Shown here: one piece after another, positions 11,998 to 23,620 of the stretch
Layout: each line of letters begins with the position of its first letter
Position numbering within the stretch: position 1 is the stretch's first letter
DNA from: Circinaria calcarea
Lineage: Eukaryota
Assembly: GCA_051942165.1 (NCBI GenBank)
Contig: JAVECS010000033.1
Span: 1-35,363 of the forward strand
Length of the DNA stretch: 35,363 nucleotides
Direction: 5' to 3'
Translations under genes and position numbers: made by a program
The notes under the pieces: model-generated
The model's database searches: none
What the model was told of the DNA's origin: nothing
Seen by the model: only the letters and a program-made list of their open reading frames with translations

Positions 11998-13800
11998 TTA
12001 GCAAATACAATTATTTTTTCGCGCTGTTTTCAATATAACCTTCACTCCATTTGCGGAAGTACACACGAGCGATATCCCTTCAGTCCATGGGTCCGGATCT
12101 CTGCTCTCAATATATTCGAATACCTGACCTAGGCGAGTTATGGTATACGCGGCCTCGTTCATTGCGAGTTCCTCTACAACAACGAAGAATTAACCTGTTA
12201 GCATTGCCCTAGACATGAAGTACACTTCAAAGTCTACTCACGACCAATACAGATTCGGGGGCCCCCACTGAACGGCAAAAACTTCTATTCATTGTTAGCT
12301 TTCTTCATGCAGGCTCTGCTTAGAGGCTCTGCTTGGAGGCACTGGCATAGGTAATATTACCCAGGAAACCTTTTCACCCCTCCACCGTTCTGGGTAGAAC
12401 TCGTTGGCATCCTCGCCCCAAAGATCTTGGCGACGCTGCAGGGCAACTATCTGGTACTGAACCATTGTGTCTGCAGGGACAAATATGGGAGATTTGCCAT
12501 CAGGGCCACCGCCTACTGGAAGTACTGTATCTCTACATGCGATACGCGAGTTGCTAGGAACAACGGGGTAGAGGCGGAGAGCTGCAACAGCGCATGGTTA
12601 CCAGGTACTGAATGACACAAGAATACCATACCACCACATAGCTGAATGGGATAGCTACTTACCCTCTTTTATACAGTACTGAATGTATGGCATATCCCTC
12701 AGCTCTTTCAGTGTCGGTTCTTACCCGCCAAGTATTTCTACTTCATCACGCAGTCGCGTCCAGATACGAGGTCTCCGAGCGAGCACAAAAAAGAGATTGC
12801 TTAGCAAGGCAGCTGTAATATCGGGTCCGCCTCCAAACATAGTCAACAGTTCATCCCGAAGCACCCGCCTATCACTCGTCGCCTGGGCGAGCTCGTGCAA
12901 GAAGATACGCTTTCCGTCTTTCTCAGTCCCAGCACCTTCACTTCGCTGTTCCTCTTCTTTGGTTCTCAAGTTTTGGAATGCGATGGCTTTCTCGACATGT
13001 CGATCAATGAAACCATGTACTTTGTCCACATTCCTATGAAAATCTGGCATGTACGCAAATTTCGCAAGTCCGCCCATCTGCCACCTTTTCTCGATCCCGA
13101 TCTGTGCTTCATGGAAAGCCTTTACAAAGTCCGCTTCCATGGCATCAGGGTGGATCAGTGACAGGATGGATTCTCCAAAAAGAAACTCTGTTGCTATATC
13201 TGCGCTTAGCCTAAAAAACAACTCCCCCAGGTCCACCACTACGCCATCAATCGGCAGAGCCTCGATCAGATGGTCGACATGCACGCGAAACGTTGACAGA
13301 TCGCCCACCTGACTCCTTGTAAAACTTGGCTTGATCAACGCTCTAGAGTGTTCCCAACGTGCACCGTCCACCTGGATGATGCCGTGGCCCAGAAGCGGTT
13401 CAAAGGCATTCTTCCGCCGTGAGCCGATACTGTAATCTTCAAATTTTGTCGCAAGGACGGTCTTGATGTTCTCAGGCTCAATCGTGTTGACAACGGGAGT
13501 GAGGAAGAAGCGAGAGGAGAAGGTGGGCCCCAGAGTCTCGTACAGGTGATGGATGCGAGTGAGGTAAGTCTTGGATTTCAGAGCTGCGAAGGCATCGCGG
13601 ACGCCGTCAAGACCAAAGACGGGGTCGAGGTGGGGATAGAAAGGGGGTGGGAGGCAGTGGTACTGGGCGATCAAATCGCGCTTTTTGAGGCGGAGAGTCA
13701 GATATCGGTAAAGATAGCGGAGTGTGGGTAAGAGCACGAGGGCAAGAAAGAGGCCCGTGGCTATTTGCAACAATTTGGAGTGACTCATATCAACGAGCAT
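11998..13800 (-). pseudogene. CYP52-clan cytochrome P450 with one in-frame premature stop
   Basis: Four exons; exon 1 is 13800-12663. Motifs TIEPENIKTVLA, W.HSRALIKPSF, KEALRLYP, DTVLPVGGGPDG, YPERW and FSGGPRICIGQ. TAA at 12723-12721 interrupts otherwise continuous EILGG*EPTLKELRDMPYIQYCIKE. Confidence 0.85.
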
Positions 13801-14631
13801 ATCCAAGATGAAGACCAGATAAGCTGAGATTCTGTACGTGCCAGGAATTTTAAAGAATCTAGCACGTTTTACAAGTGGAAAAGGCTTTTCCTTTCTAGCA
13901 TTAATGCTGGGTTGGTGGTCTTTTTTCTTCGCCGCCTTAAAATCCTTGGTAGCAAAAACAACCTCGACGCATCCTAAGAATCAACTACGGGGCTGAGCCG
14001 CTTGTGGAAGAGGGGGGGCCTATTATCAGCTCCTAATTTTCATTCCCGCTGTTTTCTACGGCAACGAGAACTCAGCCCCCGTCTCGGTACCCAATAGGGC
14101 TTGACCGGGTGTATTACCTATTCCCCGATGTATGCATGCCCAATCCAGATACTTCTCTGGGCTACAGCACTATTACGCGGGTAAGCAGCGCTTCTACCGT
14201 GATTTACACGGGCTGACCTGCATTCCATCCCTACTTACCTACCTACCTACCTACTCGAGGACATTTACCTGCAGTAGCGATCCAGGGGGCGAAAAAGGTA
14301 GGCCTATAAGGAAAAGCGATCTTCGAGAGGCGTACATCTTAGCTTTGGTATTAACATGTGGGCTTACGGTACAACTCTTAACACGGGGTTGTGAATGTGG
14401 GGTCAAAGTGGGTCGAGATTCCAAGTGGGGCGGAGGATCTGTCATAAGTTCAAGTATATCGAACAACCGTGAGAAGTCAGTATGGCTCCGACAGTTATAC
14501 CGTGAAAAATTATTGGAATGTTTCACCGAGTAGAATGTACATCCCTTTAGCATATCAAATAAGCACAAAAGAACTTTACCAAAGAACAGCTTATTTGATC
14601 GATTTGTGAGCCAGCATGTTACAACGCCACG

Positions 14632-16159
14632 CTAAATCATAGGGGACTCGACGCGCACTGTTTTCCGAATACCGTTCCCAAAGGCATCCCGTTCCAAATC
14701 ATAATCTCGAGGTTTCGGCACGTCTGTACTAACCATTGCCAAAGCAGACCCTCCTTGGATTGAATCGTCGCACATCCGATGTTGCTCACGCTCACTCAGT
14801 TCCACATAGCTACCTTTGACAACAGATGGATCCCAGTGGTCCGTGGCCCATGGGTCTTTAGCCCCTTTCTCCCCTCCAGACCGCGACAAACTCGAAGGCT
14901 CGGTATTTGAGGTACCTTGAGCTTTACCCGGCCTTAATGAGGTGTAGACGTTTTTCAATTTGGGCATGTAATGGCGAAAGAACTGAGGTAAGACTGGCAG
15001 GCAGCCACAAAGAATGCCGCTCGCAATCTCGGTAGCCCTGTAAAACAGTCAGCATAGCAAGGCAGTTGAGGGAGTCTTGATGTTTCGGAAGTGCTCTCAC
15101 GTCCAAAGGCCCACTGGCGTCAAATCAAAAGTCACGTCGTCAGTTTTCGAGAATCCAACATTATTGACGAGCCGCATTATACTAGCGAAGCAAGCACTAA
15201 AAGCGATCATGTCAGTCAACGTCCAGAAAAGAATAAAGTCGGCTAATGACCCACAATAAGCCTGTTGCAAACACTGCTGATATTCCAAATTTTCTCTGCG
15301 TTGATAATTGCAGCTGCCAGATTTTTGCAATGGGTATCAACAGTATAGAGAAGTCAGAGATGATATTAATCACGGCTCCGACAATTAGTAAAGTAGCAAC
15401 ATCGACGCAATGCCCCGGTAACGTCGGATTCCAAACCTTTGCTCTTGGTGTACATTGAAAGATCTGAGCCAATATGACCGCAGAGTAAAAAAAGCCGTTG
15501 AACCAAATAATAAAGTGAATCAAATAGTAGGTCGTATTTTTATGGGTTGGTACAAAAATTCGCAGGTATTGCAACAAAATCGAGAGCTTAGTGATGAAGA
15601 TAAGGGGATTATAGAAAATCTCCTCGGTATATGCCAACTAGGGTTGTTAGTTTTATTCCTCCAAAGCAGACGTCCTTTGGTATACCTGAGCAAAACGTAT
15701 AACATGTAGCGAAGGCACATCCCATTGATGAACATTAGTTCCATAGCTTTTTCCTATGAGACGAATTGTAAGATAGCCCATAAACCCAATCTGTTAATTG
15801 TATGTTAGCTGAACATCCGTCGTTTTTTGGCAAACATCGTAAAGTGTCCCAGAGGTATAGCTTCGTACCCAGGCAATAAAAGAAGTATCTGCTCAAGGTT
15901 TATAATCAGGCTCAAAACTTTTCAAGTTGCCAATCTCAACGGAAGATAAATACGTACAATCTTCCCATCCATGGGATTTGTTGATGATAAATTTGGTATA
16001 TAGGCGAATCCAAACGAGAATTGTGCTGACGACTATGCAAACGACTGCAGTTGCGGTAACCTCCGCATGGATACTGTACGGACTAACGAAGTTGGGAATC
16101 ACGCCTGGTGGAGGCGGTAAACCTCCTATTACTGGTGCTGGCTGAATAGGAGACGACAT
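14632..16159 (-). CDS. Pth11-like (fungal rhodopsin-domain) integral membrane protein without CFEM, 403 aa, intact
   Basis: Exons 16159-15958, 15888-15869, 15790-15686, 15637-15255, 15196-15101 and 15037-14632, all in frame. Motifs GLPPPPGVIPNF, RLYTK..GWEDY, HQWDVP, TKLSILLQYLRIF, FQCTP..W, NIISDFSILLIPI and EIASGILCGCLP. Confidence 0.9.
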
Positions 16160-17403
16160 TCCTCCAGTAATGGCCTTGCAAGATCTTGGGGCTGGCTAAA
16201 CGTGTTCGTGTGGATTACCTGGATGGCTAGAAGTATGAAGGGGATTTCGGGGAGACAGTATTGTGGAATCTACGTCAAGAGAAGGTAGCCGCCGGGACGA
16301 TGTGCAATAAAGCAGAAATAAAAGGAGGGAAGGCGGACCAGCCTTGAATACCGCCATATTCAAGTTCGAATTGGGTGATACCCAATCCCTAGCGGCATAT
16401 GTATGCATGATGCGCGCGAAGGTGATATCTCGATACCGACTGTGAAACAGGGCTGTGGCGTGGTGACGCTCCCACGGCCGGAGGGAAACAACTTGCCAGC
16501 AATGAATCACATATCGGAGATGCGAACATGAGACTAATGCGGCACCACTTCGAGCCCGTATTTACTATGGTACGGTGGCAGGCAAAATAAACCTTAGCGC
16601 TGAAGATTTCGCAGAGGTGAAATCTGTAGCCTTTTTACTCAATTGTAGTAACTGTATACCCCATAAATCTATGTACGTACGGCTATTTAATCGATTGCGT
16701 TATTATGGCTGATATATGAAAGCAGCGTTGTTAAGCTAGCCAAGAGGCTAAGGTATATTTTGCCTTGCCACCGTAGTACACCATCAATACTCGAGGACTT
16801 GCTGTGGCACGCTTTTGCGCTATTTCTCCGACCTATAGTTCTCCCCTATTCACAACACCCTGCTTCTCGTTTCTTTCGCGTCGTACTCGAATCCTGATGA
16901 TAATACATCAACGGGTAAGGCGCAGCATCTGTTGCATCTGGGATCATGCGCCGCTTGAGGCAATAAGGGTCTGTGCAAAGTATAGACTGCCAACACCTCC
17001 TTCTCCAAGAGCGAGCTAGAGAACCGATGATGCTCCAGGTCTTCTTAAACGTCCAGCATGCTTGCAATGCCCGAATACTATGCCGCAGTATGCATTACGA
17101 ACCCAACACGCCTGAGAAAGTGGAGCGTGTTGGTCTTGGTACTGAGAGAGAAAATGGGAATAAGTGTGACATACTAATTTGCCTGTGCCTTTCAGCGCAA
17201 GGTGGCTTGTACAGAAGTCTAAAGAGGTTTCCCAGTTCGTGAATCACAACATGATATCGTTTACAGCTTCTCTACTTGCTTTTGAATAAAGATTAACCCG
17301 TTCACCCTGTATGCTATAAAACCTTCGCTATTTGGCTTGGGGTAAGATATCAGCAGGAAACTAACTATCTTGGTTCTGACGAAAAGATTTGAGATCGCCC
17401 AAT

Positions 17404-18926
17404 ATGCCAACTAAACAGGAGGTATATATATATACCAACTCTGGCTCTGAATCTGCATATGTATGAGCTGATATTTTTAGTCTACAACTGTTGGGGTTTC
17501 GGATTACAGTGAAAAAGGGAGCCTAGAAACAACACCATCATCATCGGAGGTATGGAGAAATCTCGATTCATGGCTATGGTCTATCGGTAAGCATTATGCA
17601 TTTTGGTGGCGGATCACAGGGCAAGCCTTGAGCGTCATGCTTCGAGAAGCTGGCTACGACCTTCACGCGCAATACCAAGGGCTCCTTTTTCATCTTCGTT
17701 ATATCGTACCTCACTTAGGGGCCCTCGCCCGATAGTCTGTGGAATGCCCAGCAGATAGAGGAGTTTCATGACCGGGGACTTCTCACCATTGGAGTATAGT
17801 TGGAGCTGGCATGCGGAAGGAACACCAAGAATTCGCTACGCCATTGAAGCTATAGGCTTACTTTCGGGGACATCCGCCGATCCTTACAACCAGGTAGCCA
17901 CTAGGGACCTTGTACAGGAACTCCAATTGACGTTCCCTACTATTAATTGGAAGTGGTTTGATTACTTCATGGAGGCTCTTTGCGGTTCCTTCCCAAAAGT
18001 TAAACGCGCAGGCCGGCAACTCCAATCTCCAAACCATCGATCAAGAAATTGGCAAAGGCTCAACTTTGGCCTCTGGAGACCTAAGTTCTGGCAGAGACAT
18101 CCCTAATGCAGGTGATTGGAGTCGAGTTCAAAGTGACCACTCTTCAGTTGGCTTAGCATTTGAGCTGCAGGAAGGAGTGATAGCAGCCAAAGCGTACTTC
18201 TCTCCTATCAAGGCACTTCAAACAAAGCAGTCGCTATTTGAGGTTGCATTTGCGAGCATAAGAAGCTTGGAAGCCAAGGGTTTCACTTTCCCAGCTCTAC
18301 ATTCACTATTTCACTTCATGACGATGCATCCTGAAGGATCGTTGCTGCAAACCATTGGTGTCGCCGTTGATTGTATCGACCCGGCCGATTCACGTCTCAA
18401 AATCTACGTTAGATCTCCCCGAACATCATCTGATAGCGTTCGTGCCGTTATGACTTTAGGGAACAAGCCTCTGAGCTCCCAACTACCCGATCATTTAGAA
18501 GAAACGCACCACCTATAGCGGCTTGTCTTGGGCCTTGAGGAGAATTTTGCTTCGAATAAAGAACTACCGCCAACGAAGCATCAAACTGCCGGGTTATTAT
18601 ATAATATTAATATCGGACCCGGCAATGCAGCTCTCGAGACGAAGCTATACATACCCGTAAAACATTATGGAGCGAACGATTTCGAGATCGCACAAAGCCT
18701 AATAATATACCTGAGAAAGCAAGGCAAAAACCACTATGCCGCCAGTTATATGCGTATATTGGAAGGTATTTGCATACATCGATCGTTGAGCGATGGCCTT
18801 GGTCTACAGAGTTACATTGCTTATGCAGAGAAAAACGGGTTACTCTCGATTATATCTTACTTATCGCCTGAGATATACCATAAAGCTCGACGGGTGGATG
18901 ATTTACGCTGTCAAGCTGGGCATTAG
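17404..18926 (+). pseudogene. DMATS-superfamily aromatic prenyltransferase pseudogene
   Basis: Motifs FWWRITG..L..ML.EAGYD, SFMTGDFSPLEYSWSW, IRYAIEAIG, DPYNQ, AKAYF, VDCIDPADSRLKIY, KLYIPVKHYG.ND and SYLSPE. Lesions: frameshifts near 17720-17740 and ~17995, and TAG at 17756-17758 and 18516-18518 where Trp is expected. Confidence 0.88.
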
Positions 18927-20047
18927 GCCTTGCGTCTGCGATTTGCTGGATCACGGAGTGAAATGAGGTAATCATAGATAAATGTATCAACTGGTTTTAT
19001 TAATCCCATATAGAAACTAGCTGAAATAACGGAATTATCCCGAAATCTTAAAGTAGGCACAGCCCTAGCACACCACATCCTCGGCTGTTGGAGGCATCTA
19101 TCGATTAAGTTCCCCGTCGCCGTTAACGTAGATATCAATTGGCTGTCAACTGGTTGAATTAGGCCTGACGGGTACCCCGTACGGCGCATGGGGTGTTTTG
19201 GACGCAGCTCGTGCTTCTCCTTACTGTGTACAGCAGGATCGAGGCTTCAGATTGGCTGACCTGAGTGTGTGGCAATGGTAGCGCTCGGGAACTTGCAAGC
19301 ACGTTATAGGGTAGAAGATCCCATTAGTATCTATAGGGTACAGACAGGAGGTGGTAGAATACACCAGGGTGGTGTGTACTGCACGGAACTGTTTTTGTGT
19401 GGGAAAACAGGGATTAGGGTCCGTAACAATCATAATACGGGCCCTATATATTTTAGCCCTAAGGTTAGGCTATACCCACTAAGGCTAGTCACCCCGATAG
19501 TCAGAATGGCCAAAGTGCTAGTGGGACCTTCTAAACAGTAGCAACACTAGGCGGACCTGGACGCCTATGGCTGTGGGATCAACCGGGGTACGGGGAGACA
19601 ATGGTGGCACAGCTCCCACCTAGCTCCGGGTTTCCCAGGCTTCAGCTCCATGCTATTGCTGAGTTTACTCGAGGTCACAGAATGCAGGCAGTGCCACACT
19701 AATCCAATATATTCCCCTGAGCCAGTCATGCTGCATTGTTTGCTGCTAGCCTTTGACTGTCCTCATGGCGCCGCGATATCGTTCGGGCTTTTGTGTTTCG
19801 GGAGAGGATGGTGTGTAGCGTTTCTCGGCTGCGCAAATCGAATCTATTTTCGAGGCCCCCCTCGGAAGTTTATGCCTCTTGAGCTTGGGTATCGATTGAG
19901 CTCTATGTTGGCAGTTATATCCTAGCTCATCATATGGTGAATATAAGCTGCAGCATACGTTAGGGTATGACGAATTTCTTGCTTGGGTTTGTCTACATAC
20001 CACACATGGTCGGAATTGCTTGATTAAAGGCTGGATATATTATTGAG

Positions 20048-21944
20048 ATGGATCCTATACAGAAGCACGCTATCTATAACGAACGGAGACTGCATATTAT
20101 CTGCATTGGTGCTGGTGCGTCAGGCCTTTTGTTAGCTTACAAGCTGTAACGATGTATTCTGTAACAATGCCATGGTCCCGTCGGGCATTTCCAAGCTAAC
20201 TTCGATCATTAAAGATATACGAGAAGAATCCAGAACTCTCGGGCACTTGGTTCGAAAACAAGTACCCAGGGTGGGCCATTCTTGATCCTTGGGGATTTAT
20301 GTGATTTTGCTAACATCCCCTTCTTCTCTATTGATTAGATGCGCCTGCGATGTTCCTGCACATAATTACACCTATTCCTTTGAGACTAAGCACGACTGGT
20401 TCACTGTTTATGCCACGGGCGCTGAATTAAAGAGGTATTTTGAGTCTTTTAGTGAGAAGTACAAGCTGCAAAAATACATCAAAACTCAACACGAAGTCCA
20501 GAGCACCCGCTGGCTTGAGAGCGATGTTAAATTGAGCGTCTCTGTCCTTGATATGTCTACTGGACAAGTGAACGAGAAGAGCTGCCACATCCTCATAAAT
20601 GCAGGGGGTTATCTAAACAAGTGGGCATGGCCACAAGTCAAAGGGCTAGAGAAGTTCAGGGGAAAGTTACTTCACAGCGCTAACTGGGATGACTCGATAC
20701 GGCTAAAGGGTAAGAGAGTTGGCTTGATTGGCAATGGGTATGCTTTGCAGCTCGTCATGATCTTGCACGCCATATTTACACGTAACAGATCTTCTGGAAT
20801 ACAAATTCTCCCAGCTATCCAACCTATTGTTGGAGAACTCATCACCTTCATTCGATCGCCTAATTGGATATTACCTTCCATAAGCGCAGGTGAACAGCAG
20901 TCATACACAGAAGAAGATGTTGAGAACTTCAGAAAGCAGCCCGACCAACTGATGACACTTCGTAAGAGAAACGAAGCTGTGGTGAATAGTATTTTCAATA
21001 TGTAGTTGTATATCCAAGAGCAGTCTGTTCATACGTCTGACGAGTGGTGCCCCTTTAGCCGTTTACATACAAGGTACCACATTGCAAGACGACACAAGAA
21101 AGCAGTTGACCTGGGCCATGAAGCACCAATTGAGGAGCTCCACGCTCGCGGAAAAGCTCATACCATCTTTTGGAGTTGGATGCCGGCGAGCGACACCCGG
21201 TCTGGGATACCTAGAGGTCAGTACCTTTGCTGTTGGTGAACGTAATCTTGCGGTAACAAGAAGTCTGCAACAGAGCTTGCAACAAGAAAACGTCAAAGTC
21301 GTCCACAGTGGCGTGGTGGAGCTCACAGAAAACGGTTGCAAATGCGAGGATAGGAACGAATATGAGACTGACGCGCTTATCTACGCTACTGGCTTTGATA
21401 CCTCGTTCCAACCGCGATTTCCCATTATCGGCTCCGAGGGTATCAATCTCCAAAAGGCTTGGGCAGAGGTACCCGAGTCGTATCTTGGAATCGCGGAGCC
21501 GGGGTTTCCAAATCTGCTCATGTTCCTTGGGCCACACTCTCCCGTGGGCAACGGTCCAACCTTGGCAGCCATCGGTAAGTCCCTGCACTGGTTGGGCAAC
21601 TCATTTCGCATGTTAATCTGAACGGGAGATCATTAGAGACGCAAGCAGATCATATGCTTATGCTAATCGATCGTTGGCAAACCGAGAACATCCATTCTTT
21701 CGCTCCCAAGCGCGTCGCGGTGGACGACTTCATGGAGCACGCCCGTCAATTCATGAAAACGACCGTCTGGGCAGACAGCTGTAGGTCTGGGCACAAAGGC
21801 CACAGCGTCAATGACCGCATTCCGTGTCTCTGGCCCGGCAGCACGCTTCACTACATCGAAGCGCTCAGGGAGTTGCGAGCGGATGATTGGGATATTCGGT
21901 ATAAGGGTCACAAGGTACACCGCCCGACTATTGTGAAGCTATAG
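20048..21944 (+). pseudogene. Baeyer-Villiger/FAD-dependent monooxygenase (StcW/cyclohexanone monooxygenase-like) pseudogene
   Basis: Motifs ICIGAGASG, YEKN...GTWFENKYPG/CACDVP, BVMO fingerprint FRGKLLHSANWD, GLIGNG/SSGIQ, GCRR.TPG.GYLE, ATGFD and WPGSTLHY. Lesions: TAA at 20147-20149, an intron donor reading ATATGT at 20998, and loss of homology after DWDIRYKG (~21908). Confidence 0.88.
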
Positions 21945-22444
21945 AATAAAAATAGGTAGGAATCTTCTGAGCGCCTTGCGTAATTTTATCGCCGTGCAGA
22001 CTAGGAATACGGCAATTCAAAATAATCAAGGTTCAATTCGAGGTTAAGATCTATTGATGCTGTGCTAAGATATCTCGCTTAGAATATAGGCAGCAAATGG
22101 AGACCTGAATAGGCGCTGGACAACTCTACCTCGTATTTGCGTGATTTCCCTCTCAGCGAGCTGGTCGCATTGTACCACTACGTAACTCACAAACACATGG
22201 CCATCAGAGCATCTCTACTGACCCTGGTCCTGTAGAGGAGCTGTAGCCATCTCAACTGCATTGTCGTTTTGCTTTCCCCGCAATCTCTCTCCGCATCGCG
22301 TTTCCACCGTGCGGTTTTTGCAAATGACATTCAGCTTGCGGGTTGAGTAGGCGTATGATGAATAGGAAAGTTATCAGATGGTTCCGCTGAACACTATTGA
22401 TACTGTCCTTTGGAATCCGTGCTGCCGTCTGCCCGAAACCTGCC

Positions 22445-22734
22445 CTGCCATTTAAGCTCGAAGAGATCACCTCGGACGCAGACTTCGACGACGTCGTTAA
22501 TTGCGAGTGGTTCTCGTGGGAGAACCCACCTCAAAACTTCTCCGCAAGCTCATCTGTCCGATTTCTCGGAACCGCGACCCAACGCTTGTGCTGAATCCCT
22601 CAAAGAGGCCACGACCCCGTCAGCTTTCTTGGCACAAAGGCGATCCAGCAAACCATTAACTCACAGTCACCGATGTAAAACCCGACAAAATTGTCGCCGG
22701 GGCATGGTGGAAGATCCTTGAAAGTAACCCGTTT
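22445..22734 (+). pseudogene. N-terminal fragment of a fungal GNAT acetyltransferase
   Basis: LPFKLEEITSDADFDDVVNCEWFSWENP...AESLKEATT/RQLSWHKGDPANH*LTVTDVKPDKIVAGAWWKILESNPF, with frameshifts and a stop. There is no ATG and no C-terminal half. Confidence 0.65.
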
Positions 22735-23520
22735 TGGAACGTGGAAGCAAGTCTTCTGTGGGCGTCAACGCTCCCACCAGTGCACCACACCACCCAACAC
22801 TATTAGTGTCAGTATGGGGTAGCTTACACCACATTACACTGCCGGTGGAGTTATTGAGGAGTAAAGTAACACTGCATTCTACACTGGCAGTGTAGGGGTT
22901 CAAGCACAACATTATTAATATAATATACCATGTATAAATTTTCAAACCGGTAGAGAATTTATGGCTTCCGGGAAGAAGAATTTTCAAATTATGTACATAA
23001 ATAAAACCCCCCTGGAAAAACCAGGTACCCTAGGCTCTACGGAGTATTTAGGTAATAAATGTCGTTTGGAAATTTTTATACAAAAAACACCAACACCATA
23101 TATGCTCAAAAATTTCTTCCTTTCGTCATATTGTTATTGAAATCCTGTAAATTAATGGTCTTCCAAACTTTTGATTTTTACTTCTTTCTATACGTAGTAC
23201 TGCAACCAAACGAATAATAAAGATTTTAAAAGAGGGGCCGCATTTAACCCAAGTCACTACGATGCTATATTCATGAAAAGTCTTTGGCAGCGTATATTGC
23301 TGGGAGCGTTTGTATATTATAATAGGGGCAGAATAGAACCCCCCTTGCTCTAGCCCCCTGCGGGTCTCATCCGTCCTAAGAGAAAGGAACCTGATGAATG
23401 TTGAAAATAGCCTAATTTCACACAGAATTTGGTTCCCGATTTTCAAGCAACGGTTCCCGTAGAACATATGCAAATTAGGACCGTCTTACCGAGATAGAAG
23501 CTCTATAGATGCTCTACCTA
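22735..23520. other. AT-rich non-coding block following the GNAT breakpoint (possible degenerate transposon-derived DNA)
   Basis: Visibly more AT-rich than its flanks, especially 22900-23320, and it starts where GNAT homology stops. No transposase motif or terminal repeat was recognised. Confidence 0.3.
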
Positions 23521-23620
23521 GTTATCTCGCAAAAATGCAGCGAGGTTTCCTAATTTTCCAAGCCCCCAGCTACGCCAATCAAAAAAGTTTTCGTACCGTC
23601 CCGATCTTCTTCCTCCAAAA

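Noticed and set aside
19268..19428. Possible solo LTR (TGTTACGG...GCCACA on the minus strand)
   Set aside because: No target-site duplication (flanks GAGTG and ATCAT) and no second copy in the window.
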